A stretch of DNA of 64,000 bases, taken from positions 62,001-126,000 of the forward strand of contig NIVC01000150.1 of assembly GCA_002269645.1 (NCBI GenBank), in the 5' to 3' direction. The translations under genes and the position numbers were made by a program. The notes under the pieces are model-generated. The model worked only from the letters and a program-made list of their open reading frames with translations. It searched no databases and was not told where the DNA came from. The first letter of the stretch is position 1. Every line of letters starts with the position of its first letter. The DNA is from Macrostomum lignano (lineage: Eukaryota). Shown in pieces: positions 10,801-19,842 of this stretch.

Positions 10801-11190
10801 ATGCACGCAATGCTTACCACCTTAATAATGACAAACGGAATTTCTCGTCTTTGTTCTTGCCGTCGCGAGCTAGAGGAGCTCGGTGACGCGCGACCACATC
10901 GAAGGAGGGCCATTATTAGGGGAGCCGATAATGAGTTGATGCAGTGTCTGTGCGAGTTAAGTCACAATGTACTCAAGGGCAATATCGATCTATCCCCTAG
11001 ACAGTTTGCAAGGTTGAAACGTTATAGAGAAGCCCTGCATGACATGGCCGACAAAAAACTGTCTATAAATAGGAAGAAGAATATGATACTATCGGACCCT
11101 CAAGTTGGAGGATTCCTACCAATTCTCGCCAAGATTGCTGCACCGTTAATCACTGGACTGTTTGGTGGTCTGCTAGGACAACGACGTTGA
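10801..11190 (+). CDS. Putative virion core protein, adenovirus pX(mu)-like C-terminus
   Basis: Basic body plus QVGG|FLPILAKIAAPLITGLFGGLL, similar to adenovirus pX (xRGG|ILPLLIPLIAAAIG) after a protease site; TATAAATA at 10775. Confidence 0.75.
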   Translation: MHAMLTTLIMTNGISRLCSCRRELEELGDARPHRRRAIIRGADNELMQCLCELSHNVLKGNIDLSPRQFARLKRYREALHDMADKKLSINRKKNMILSDPQVGGFLPILAKIAAPLITGLFGGLLGQRR

Positions 11191-11192
11191 AA

Positions 11193-11774
11193 ATGGACAA
11201 GTACGTTGTGGTCCCCGAGGAGGAATTCAATCAGCTTAGACAGGGTACTCCGCGAGAAATTGCCCCAAAATCGGAGTACGAAAAACTTGTAGAGTACAAT
11301 GCAAAGCTACAGACCCAATTGGCTAAAGTAAAACCCCAAAAGACGACAAAGCAGCTATTTTCTGATAGGCAACAACGTATATGGAATATACTAACAGAAA
11401 AGCACCCCAGCCTAAATTACAACCAATCGTGGGAAGTCGTTTTTGATGGTGAAACTTGGGGTGGCAGCAACGTTTTTGATCTTCTACAAGCCGTCACCAC
11501 CAACACTAATAATCACCCGAAATATTCGACCGCTTTCTGGGCTCTGCTAGACAAGGCCCGTATACCAATGTCTATGCTCGGTCGGAAACAGCTCCCTGTG
11601 GAGGAAAAGAAGGTTGACCATATGGTTGGTACCGATGATTACCGCGATGAATATGAGCACACAATTGCGACAGACACCCGCGATTTAACGACCACGCGCA
11701 ACAAAGGTGTAAATGCTATGCCCAACTTGTGGATCAAGGTGCCGGGATGGGTAAATATCACGATTACCAACTAA
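11193..11774 (+). CDS. Conserved Polinton/adintovirus hypothetical protein
   Basis: MDKYVVVP start and ...EVVFDGE...GSNVFDLL...P...F...L....IP pattern that I recognise from Polinton accessory ORFs; tightly coupled to the upstream stop. Confidence 0.6.
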   Translation: MDKYVVVPEEEFNQLRQGTPREIAPKSEYEKLVEYNAKLQTQLAKVKPQKTTKQLFSDRQQRIWNILTEKHPSLNYNQSWEVVFDGETWGGSNVFDLLQAVTTNTNNHPKYSTAFWALLDKARIPMSMLGRKQLPVEEKKVDHMVGTDDYRDEYEHTIATDTRDLTTTRNKGVNAMPNLWIKVPGWVNITITN

Positions 11775-11946
11775 GACCGCCCCGGAACCGAAAATACGAT
11801 ACTCTTTATAAATAGAACCCTAATCCATACATAACCGCGCCCGGCGGTCATGGGCGCAGCAGCCGCCGCATCAAAGCTTTGTGTAGACAACTCCCCAGCC
11901 GACATTACGTGCAACTATTCATGCTGTGCATCCACACTTGTTGTCA

Positions 11947-13026
11947 ATGAGGGCTCTAACCGCTCTTCGTCGAGTTTACGAACAAGGAGCCGCCGCTTTT
12001 TCAAATGCTGCCCGTGTCTATCAGGAGGCCAAACGTCTGGCGCCAAACCTGACAAGACGCCAAACCAGGGAATGGCTAGAAACCCAACCGAGTTACACCC
12101 GTCACCGGAGAGTCAACAGGACATTTAAAACGGGAAAAGTAATGTCGGGAGGATTCATGGAAACTCTACAAGCCGATTTGATGGACATGTCGCGATACAA
12201 ACGTTGGAATGACGGACATAAATATATACTAGTTGTTATTGATGTGCTTAGTAAGCAGGCTTTTTGTAGGGCAATTAAACTAAAGAGTGATACCCCCGCA
12301 GCGTTTGAGTCAATGTTGGCGAATGATTTCCCTGCCCGCCCCCTTTACCTGCACGTGGATCGGGGTACCGAGTTTTATAATCAGCGAATGCGCCGCATAC
12401 TAAAAGACAATAATGTTAAAATGTACAGCACCAACTCTGTGTACAAGGCAAACATGGCCGAGAGGCTGATTAGAACTCTTCGAAAGCGTCTGGCTCGCTA
12501 CTTTGAGCACAACAACACGTGGCGTTGGGTTGACTACTTACCCAATTTGGTAGGTAATTACAACAACACGACGCATTCTACTATTGAGATGAAACCGTCA
12601 AGTGTAGGGTTCCACAATCAGAAGCGTGTGTGGGAAAAGCTCTACCCGGATCAGCAAAAAGACGACCCCGTATATAAAAAGGGGGATTTTGTGAGAATTT
12701 CGAAATCTCGCCGGGCATTCGACAAGGAGGCGTACGACATGTATAGTGAGGAGGTGTACATTATATCCAAAGTTTGTCCTGGACCCCCACATTTTTATCG
12801 TATTTCTGATTTGTCTGGTGAAGTGATTGAGGGACGGTTTTACTACAATGAACTGTCCAAATCTACCCGACCCGAGCGTTTTGTAATCAATAAAGTTTTG
12901 CGTAGAAACGTGTTAATAAATGGTGTTGCGCACCATTACGTTAGCTGGCGCGGTTATCCCGACACTTTTAATTCATTTGTACCTGTAAATGAAGTTATAA
13001 ATATACGTCAACGTAATAATAACTAA
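11947..13026 (+). CDS. Retroviral-like DDE integrase with C-terminal chromodomain (Polinton c-INT)
   Basis: LQADLMDM...KYILVVIDVLSK (D), LHVDRGTEF (D), MAERLIRTL (E); C-terminal VSWRGYPDTFNSFV chromo-like motif; consistent with the 6-bp TSD. Confidence 0.95.
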   Translation: MRALTALRRVYEQGAAAFSNAARVYQEAKRLAPNLTRRQTREWLETQPSYTRHRRVNRTFKTGKVMSGGFMETLQADLMDMSRYKRWNDGHKYILVVIDVLSKQAFCRAIKLKSDTPAAFESMLANDFPARPLYLHVDRGTEFYNQRMRRILKDNNVKMYSTNSVYKANMAERLIRTLRKRLARYFEHNNTWRWVDYLPNLVGNYNNTTHSTIEMKPSSVGFHNQKRVWEKLYPDQQKDDPVYKKGDFVRISKSRRAFDKEAYDMYSEEVYIISKVCPGPPHFYRISDLSGEVIEGRFYYNELSKSTRPERFVINKVLRRNVLINGVAHHYVSWRGYPDTFNSFVPVNEVINIRQRNNN

Positions 13027-13029
13027 TGC

Positions 13030-14168
13030 ATGGCTACCATGCATCTCTTTCTGCCTAGCAATGCGTGCCCCGAGCACTATCCCGAAAATAATCCGGCTCA
13101 TTATTTTATTAATTTACCGGACACTCTCCACTTTCCGAATCATGAGGTTTGCCTCGAACGGATCTACTTTACCAAAGAATTTGAATCTTTCAAAAAATCT
13201 ATACCGATCACCATTCGCGAACAGGAGGGCCTCTTGACGGCTTCGTCGTTTGCAAACCTTTGTCTCGCAGCGGGTCTGAAAACCCCTGAAGAATGTATTT
13301 CCGGCTTTCTAAACGGTATCCGATACGTTGAAGGGGATAATAAGAAAATTGTCTTTTTAAGAACATCCCCAACCGCCTTTATGATTGTGAATACTTCAAA
13401 ATCCACTGTCGGCATCAAATTCCCGGATACCCTACCCAAGGTGTTTAAACTAGTCGCCGGCTTCGAGTCTAATGAGGATCTACCTACTGAACTCGTATTA
13501 CACGCGGGGTGTGCAGCCTCCATCACCGCAGTTGTTGAGGAACCGACTGTGCAGTCAATGGACCATGCTCCAATAATAAGACAAGTTACTAGCGCAGCGT
13601 CTGATCAAATCTATTTTATGCAGGGTGGATACTATAGTACACCTAAAAGAATGGTGGAGGAACTCAACAATTTAATTTGGAAACGGATCAAAGATCTCAT
13701 AGCGGCTCCAGCACCTAGAACGGACTTTTTCGGATACAGCGAAGTTACGAATAGGTGTTATTACATTGGCTCGATGGATTACATGTTTGGGCTGGGGCGC
13801 TTGACCGGCATGCTTGGTTTCCCAGAGCATGATTATACAACCCCATTTTTCGGTATATCGGACTTTGGGCAGCCACATCAATGGAATTAACCGGTGGAAT
13901 ACAAACAATGTACATCTATTCGAGCATAGTCGATTCTGTTATTGTAGGAGACGTTAAAGTTCCTCTGTTGGGAGCTATACCGATGGATCCCAAAGTTCAG
14001 GGCGGTCGCGAGTACTACGAGTTTGTCAATCCGGCATATCTACCGCTGGTTAAGCACCCATTCAAAACTATTGAAGTACAAATTAACGATGATATGGGCA
14101 GGGATATGACAAAAGTAATGAGGGGCAAGACCGTCTTGAGCGTTAACATCCGCGAAAAGAAGCTATAA
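13030..14168 (+). CDS. Penton / minor capsid protein, split by a 1-nt frameshift near 13846-13850
   Basis: N-terminus FLPSN...YPENN...F.INLP..L...EVCL and C-terminus MYIYSSIV...VGDVKVPLL...Y.PL...FKTIEVQI are the two halves of the Polinton penton. Adding one T to the T5 run at 13846-13850 joins ORFs 13030-13890 and 13881-14168. Confidence 0.85.
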
Positions 14169-14211
14169 ATAAACAGCACAGCCTCAGTAAACTATATCCT
14201 AGTGCTTAATC

Positions 14212-14556
14212 ATGCCTTCTATTCTGATTGGTGGAGCTTTGCCTGTTTTCGCGGGCGCCCAGAGGGGCAACGGTTTGTTTGGAAGCATTGCCCGCTTCGC
14301 GCTGCCAATTCTAAAGAGTTTTGGTAAAAACGTTCTCCGTCATGGTACTAGAGCCCTAGCAACTACTGTTAACGATAGCCTCGAGCAAGGAGGCAATTTG
14401 AAGGAGTCTGTCCTGCGCAATTCTGTTCAGGCTGCCAAGGACGCCTTTAAAGACACGGTTACCCAAAGGGGTAGCGGACGAAGAAGAAAAAAGGCTCCGA
14501 AGCGTCTCAATTCAGACATTTTCAGCACTATAAATAAAAAGCCCCGCTTCAATTAG
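14212..14556 (+). CDS. Small protease-processed virion protein (adenovirus pVI/pVII-like)
   Basis: LIGG|A, QRGNG and QRGSG motifs; amphipathic LFGSIARFALPILKSFGK helix; basic RRRKK tail; lies directly before the MCP. Confidence 0.72.
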   Translation: MPSILIGGALPVFAGAQRGNGLFGSIARFALPILKSFGKNVLRHGTRALATTVNDSLEQGGNLKESVLRNSVQAAKDAFKDTVTQRGSGRRRKKAPKRLNSDIFSTINKKPRFN

Positions 14557-14585
14557 ATTCGCCGAATCGAGTCTGTCTACTAAAC

Positions 14586-15869
14586 ATGTCCGAGTGTCTG
14601 TGTACAAAGTCCGAGTTTGAGCTCTTTGCCCCTCGAGCCCACCAGATTGCCGCTGTAGGTTCAACTACTGAAGAAATCCACCCGGTTGCCAGCGTCGAAA
14701 ATGCGAGTGTGGTTGAGTTTAGAATTGTGGGCGGCGAGACGTTTGTCGATCTTAATGACATTGATCTCGAGATTAAAGGTTGTATTAAAAGAGCTAATGG
14801 AGCCGATTTGGCGGCGGATTCAAACGTGGCGCCAATCAATTACCTCTTGGAGACCATGTTCAAAAACGTGTCTCTTTCCATAAATGGTACACATATCGAG
14901 TCTAGCAACAACAACCATGCCTACAAGGCGTACATTCGTACATGCTTGAGTTATGGGTCTGATTCAAAGTCTAACCAACTGCGGATGATGGGCTACGCTA
15001 AAGACGCTGGGGGTCAAATGGCTGCGGTTGGAAATCCTGGCTTTGTAACTCGCAAGGCGATGGCTGCCGGTTCTCGAACATTTCACCTGTATGGCCCTCT
15101 TAGTCTCGACTTTTTTGTCACCAACGATCGTATGCTGCTACCCTACACTGATATGGTGGTTACGCTCACTCTGCAAAATTCGGGATTCGTTGTAGAGAAT
15201 CACGCCGAAGGGGTTGATGCAAAGTTGGTTCTTCAAAGTGCAAAATTACACGTTCGTCGGGTAAAGGCTAACCCCCAACTGGCCTTGGAGATTGAAGAAC
15301 AGCTGGCAACTCAGAATGCAGTCTACCCCATCGAGCGCCTCGTTGTACACAACACCTCTGTCGCTGTAGGAGTTCGCGACGTGTCAATCAATAATATTTT
15401 CCCGGAGCAGAAGCCTAAACTTGTCATTATGGGGATGGTAAATAGTGCCGCATATAACGGGGTGGCTACCCATAATCCGTTCAATTTCGAGCCATTTGGG
15501 GCTGACAGTGTGGCCCTGTACAAGGACGGTGTCAGTCTGTGCGGTCAACCATTCACTCCAAGGTTCGCTGCCCAAAACTATGCTCGCGAATACGCCATGC
15601 TGTTTAAGAGCCTAGGGAAAATGAATCGCGATTTGGACATTGACCTGTCATATTCGGATTATCGCGCCGGTTACTGCTTATTTGCGTGGAATCTAATGCC
15701 CGATATGGAACTGGGTGGACATAGCATGCCTCGCGAGAGAGGGAATCTGACCCTACAGATAAAGTTTTCTGCAGCCCTACCTGCCGGGATTAACGTTTTG
15801 GTGTTTGGTTACTTTGACAACGCGGTGCAAATCACTAGAGGCCGCCAGCCCATTCTGGACTACGTATGA
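14586..15869 (+). CDS. Double jelly-roll major capsid protein (hexon/PY)
   Basis: 427 aa; EC..KSEFELF N-terminus, YPIER, NPFNF and GYCLFAWNL.PD motifs typical of Polinton MCPs; position between core protein and protease. Confidence 0.93.
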   Translation: MSECLCTKSEFELFAPRAHQIAAVGSTTEEIHPVASVENASVVEFRIVGGETFVDLNDIDLEIKGCIKRANGADLAADSNVAPINYLLETMFKNVSLSINGTHIESSNNNHAYKAYIRTCLSYGSDSKSNQLRMMGYAKDAGGQMAAVGNPGFVTRKAMAAGSRTFHLYGPLSLDFFVTNDRMLLPYTDMVVTLTLQNSGFVVENHAEGVDAKLVLQSAKLHVRRVKANPQLALEIEEQLATQNAVYPIERLVVHNTSVAVGVRDVSINNIFPEQKPKLVIMGMVNSAAYNGVATHNPFNFEPFGADSVALYKDGVSLCGQPFTPRFAAQNYAREYAMLFKSLGKMNRDLDIDLSYSDYRAGYCLFAWNLMPDMELGGHSMPRERGNLTLQIKFSAALPAGINVLVFGYFDNAVQITRGRQPILDYV

Positions 15870-16303
15870 ACACGTTGGAAATTTTGGAGTGTTTAAAACT
15901 ACCTGTGGAAGTGCACGTTTGCCCTCTCGACAGAATTCCTGCACCTGTTTACCCTGCTGCATATGTAATTAATTTTGACACGGGTAATCTGCCAGGCACC
16001 CACTGGGGACTGATTTGCCTACACGATGATAAGAGTGTGACATTTTTTGACCCTCTGTGTATTGAACCCGTGCCGGAATTGCTCTCGGCTTGGATCTCGA
16101 AGCATGTACATTCACCTGTTGCTATGAATCGCCACCCTGTTCAACACCCTCTAAGTGTAGCGTGTGGGCCGCATGTGATTTTTGTGGCCGAAAAGCACTT
16201 TTTAGAGGGGTTGTCGATTGAAAAGATTTTAAGGGAATGTTACTCTACCAATCTGCTTGAAAATGATTTGATGGTTCGAAAACATGTTCTACAAATAAAA
16301 TAG
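15866..16303 (+). CDS. Adenain/Ulp1-type maturation cysteine protease
   Basis: INFD...PGTHW (His), FFDP (Asp), QHPLSVACG (Gln/Cys) in catalytic order. Confidence 0.93.
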   Translation: MNTLEILECLKLPVEVHVCPLDRIPAPVYPAAYVINFDTGNLPGTHWGLICLHDDKSVTFFDPLCIEPVPELLSAWISKHVHSPVAMNRHPVQHPLSVACGPHVIFVAEKHFLEGLSIEKILRECYSTNLLENDLMVRKHVLQIK

Positions 16304-16337
16304 TTTTTAATATTTGGAGTGTCAACTCGCCCTGAAA

Positions 16338-16966
16338 ATGTACCAAACAATTGATCCTGACGCTCTAAAGTTTGCTCCAAATACTTCGGCGATTTTTGCT
16401 GGTGTTAACCAGAGCGGAAAAACAACTCTTGTTAAAGAATTGCTGCGAAACGAGTTTTTTCAGGACCCTAAGCCTGTTCGCGTTGATTGGTTTGGGCACT
16501 ATCCAGACCCGGAACTGTTTGAATTACCGTACCCTGTCAATTTTCGCTCGTCTACATTTAACCCTGAAACCTATGTTCCCGCTCCGAATATTCTATCGTT
16601 GTCGATGATCAAATGCAAGCCATGGAAAAAAACGCTGCTTTTACCGCATTTTTCACTCGCAAAGTCAGCCATGTGGGATTCCGGCTTTGGTACCTTGTAC
16701 AAAACCTGTTTGCCAAGGGCAAGGAGCACCGCACTCAATCCCTTAACGCAAACTACCTTGTATTGTTCCGCAATGTACGGGACGTTAGTACAGTCGCCCA
16801 TATTGCAAAGCAGCTTGTCCCCGCTAACCCAAAAAGTTTTGTTCAAATGTACGAAGACGCCACTAGGGAGCCCTACTCCTACTTGATTGTTAATTGCTTG
16901 CAGAACGCATCTGTTCGCTACTATGCTAATGTGTTGGGGCGCTACCCCGTAGTTTATGCTAAATAA
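16338..16966 (+). pseudogene. A32/FtsK-like packaging ATPase, copy 1, with a 1-bp deletion at ~16596
   Basis: Otherwise matches copy 2, but reads ATTCTATCGTT instead of ATTCTATTCGTT, splitting the ORF at Walker B; either a real lesion or a sequencing error. Confidence 0.85.
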
Positions 16967-17057
16967 AACACTGTTGGAGAGCTTTGCTCTGTTTGCCGGA
17001 TGGCCTGAACCTGAAACAACTAAAATACGTGTTTTTTCTTTTCAAGTCCTCTACTGC

Positions 17058-17691
17058 CCTGGGGGGAGCTCTCTATCACTCACCGCCGGTCTGTCCCTCT
17101 ACCACCCCGGCCTGGGGAAGCTCTCTGTCCCTCCGTGTGACTCACACTCCCTCTCTGTCCACGCCGCGTGCTGCGACATGCCAGGGCAGCGCAGGGTGCC
17201 TCCACGCACTCTCTGTCCCAGCACCCCGTGTCTCTTTGTACCCCACCTCATACTGCTACAGGGGGCCGCCTGTTATCTGTCCCTTGCTACAGGGGGATGG
17301 CGGCTCTCCACGCACTACCCCTCCTGCTACAGGGGCTGCTCTCTGTCCCCCGCATGGGGGGCCGGTTGCTCAGTGTACAGGGCTGCGTCAGCATCGGGGG
17401 TTTCCTTCCTACACTAACCGCGTGCACACGACATTGGTGGGAGGGGCGGGAATCCCCCCGCCGGATGTACACCCCGAGGGAGGCCCATGCGCTGAAGGTA
17501 CACTCGCTGGACGCCCAGCCGGCCGGATGTACACTCGCGGGAGGCCCACCCCGCTGGAGGTACACTCGCAGGACACCCACCCCGCTGGAGGTACACCCCG
17601 GGTGTACACCCCGAGGGAGCACCTTGCCGCGGTGCTAGAGGCCGACATCAGCCCGACGGACCTTCGCAAAATCGCGCCATCTGCCAGTCCA
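17058..17691 (-). repeat. Internal right TIR copy (terminus identical to the left TIR but missing the last 7 nt)
   Basis: Ends ...cgcaaaatcgcgccatctgccagtcca and joins directly to a copy of 16297 onward. Confidence 0.92.
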
Positions 17692-17731
17692 AAATAGTTT
17701 TTAATATTTGGAGTGTCAACTCGCCCTGAAA

Positions 17732-18361
17732 ATGTACCAAACAATTGATCCTGACGCTCTAAAGTTTGCTCCAAATACTTCGGCGATTTTTGCTGGTGTT
17801 AACCAGAGCGGAAAAACAACTCTTGTTAAAGAATTGCTGCGAAACGAGTTTTTTCAGGACCCTAAGCCTGTTCGCGTTGATTGGTTTGGGCACTATCCAG
17901 ACCCGGAACTGTTTGAATTACCGTACCCTGTCAATTTTCGCTCGTCTACATTTAACCCTGAAACCTATGTTCCCGCTCCGAATATTCTATTCGTTGTCGA
18001 TGATCAAATGCAAGCCATGGAAAAAAACGCTGCTTTTACCGCATTTTTCACTCGCAAAGTCAGCCATGTGGGATTCCGGCTTTGGTACCTTGTACAAAAC
18101 CTGTTTGCCAAGGGCAAGGAGCACCGCACTCAATCCCTTAACGCAAACTACCTTGTATTGTTCCGCAATGTACGGGACGTTAGTACAGTCGCCCATATTG
18201 CAAAGCAGCTTGTCCCCGCTAACCCAAAAAGTTTTGTTCAAATGTACGAAGACGCCACTAGGGAGCCCTACTCCTACTTGATTGTTAATTGCTTGCAGAA
18301 CGCATCTGTTCGCTACTATGCTAATGTGTTGGGGCGCTACCCCGTAGTTTATGCTAAATAA
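17732..18361 (+). CDS. A32/FtsK-like DNA packaging ATPase, intact copy 2
   Basis: Walker A GVNQSGKT, Walker B LFVVDD, and QNLF..GK..RT.SLNANYLVLFRN.RD A32 motif. Confidence 0.94.
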   Translation: MYQTIDPDALKFAPNTSAIFAGVNQSGKTTLVKELLRNEFFQDPKPVRVDWFGHYPDPELFELPYPVNFRSSTFNPETYVPAPNILFVVDDQMQAMEKNAAFTAFFTRKVSHVGFRLWYLVQNLFAKGKEHRTQSLNANYLVLFRNVRDVSTVAHIAKQLVPANPKSFVQMYEDATREPYSYLIVNCLQNASVRYYANVLGRYPVVYAK

Positions 18362-18452
18362 AACACTGTTGGAGAGCTTTGCTCTGTTTGCCGGATGGCC
18401 TGAACCTGAAACAACTAAAATACGTGTTTTTTCTTTTCAAGTCCTCTACTGC

Positions 18453-19089
18453 CCTGGGGGAGCTCTCTATCACTCACCGCCGGTCTGTCCCTCTACCACC
18501 CCGGCCTGGGGAAGCTCTCTGTCCCTCCGTGTGACTCACACTCCCTCTCTGTCCACGCCGCGTGCTGCGACATGCCAGGGCAGCGCAGGGTGCCTCCACG
18601 CACTCTCTGTCCCAGCACCCCGTGTCTCTTTGTACCCCACCTCATACTGCTACAGGGGGCCGCCTGTTATCTGTCCCTTGCTACAGGGGGATGGCGGCTC
18701 TCCACGCACTACCCCTCCTGCTACAGGGGCTGCTCTCTGTCCCCCGCATGGGGGCCGGTTGCTCAGTGTACAGGGCTGCGTCAGCATCGGGGGTTTCCTT
18801 CCTACACTAACCGCGTGCACACGACATTGGTGGGAGGGGCGGGAATCCCCCCGCCGGATGTACACCCCGAGGGAGGCCCATGCGCTGAAGGTACACTCGC
18901 TGGACGCCCAGCCGGCCGGATGTACACTCGCGGGAGGCCCACCCCGCTGGAGGTACACTCGCTGGACACCCACCCCGCTGGAGGTACACCCCGGGTGTAC
19001 ACCCCGAGGGAGCACCTTGCCGCGGTGCTAGAGGCCGACATCAGCCCACCTCACCTCCAAAATCAAGCCATCTGCCGTTGCTTAGTAGT
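18453..19089 (-). repeat. Outer right TIR with variant terminal ~45 bp, abutting the TSD
   Basis: Matches the left TIR up to GGGCTGATGTCGGC; spacers between conserved terminal blocks differ; ends TAGTAGT|TACAAC. Confidence 0.93.
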
Positions 19090-19210
19090 TACAACTATGT
19101 TGCACCAGCTAGGCAACTATGGCAGCTAATGAATATGACTATGGGAATATAGTGATTTACCCCAGTTTCAAGTGAAATACATCTGTACCCCTCGTTTCAG
19201 AAAGCAAGTA

Positions 19211-19651
19211 ATGTCGACCACTCCAGGCCAGTCCAACTCCGTTTCAATCGAGCAAACAGAGGAGGCCAAATTAAAACAAAAATATCCGAATTTGAATCGC
19301 AAAAGCATTGGCAGCTCCGTGCTGCACAAGCGGCTGAACAATAAAGGTCAGAAATATTTTGACAGCGGCGACTACAACATGGCCAAGGCTAAGGTAGTCG
19401 GCGCTCACCGGGCTCCCACCAGGGGCTCCGATCTGCTGGACACCGCCACAGGCGACACCATGGCAACGCCGGAAAGTGTGCCAGCTGTACGCAAGAAATC
19501 TCTAGTTGGCGGCCTTGACCCGCTGCTGCCGCCTCAGCAATTGCTGCAACCGCAGCAGCTGCAGCAGCAGCAGCACCGGAAGCCGTCCATCGCTTGCACA
19601 GAAGACGACCCCATGGCTATTGGCCGGCCAATTGTGCAATCAGATCAGTGA
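19211..19651 (+). CDS. ENSA: Endosulfine-alpha / ARPP-19 family PP2A-B55 inhibitor
   Basis: KQKYPNL...LHKRL...QKYFDSGDYNMAKAK Greatwall-site motif; splice acceptor TTTCAG at 19195-19200 just upstream. Confidence 0.92.
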   Translation: MSTTPGQSNSVSIEQTEEAKLKQKYPNLNRKSIGSSVLHKRLNNKGQKYFDSGDYNMAKAKVVGAHRAPTRGSDLLDTATGDTMATPESVPAVRKKSLVGGLDPLLPPQQLLQPQQLQQQQHRKPSIACTEDDPMAIGRPIVQSDQ

Positions 19652-19842
19652 AGAATTTTCTCTTCTTCATTGACTTGACAAGCAGCTGTGCGAACTGCCC
19701 GATTGCTGGGAGCCCTGTGTGTTGATGGAGCAAGCAAAAAAGCTATACATATCTTCTTTTTCTGTGGCAATTCGTAAAAAGACTGCATTTTTACAAGAGA
19801 TAATAAAATAAATAGCATATAGGCGCTAAATTGACTGCCAAA

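Larger units (their letters stand above)
7198..19089 (+). mobile_element. Integrated Polinton/Maverick-adintovirus-like endogenous virus lacking a DNA polymerase gene
   Basis: 6-bp TSD TACAAC at 7192-7197 and 19090-19095; termini ACTACTA/TAGTAGT; ~640-bp TIRs; integrase, penton, MCP, cysteine protease and A32 ATPase ORFs. About 10.5 kb without the internal 1.4-kb duplication. Confidence 0.96.

Noticed and set aside
7198-19089. Hidden pPolB on the minus strand of the virus
   Set aside because: All minus-strand ORFs are short antisense shadows of plus-strand genes and none shows PolB motifs (DxxSLYP, YxDTDS).
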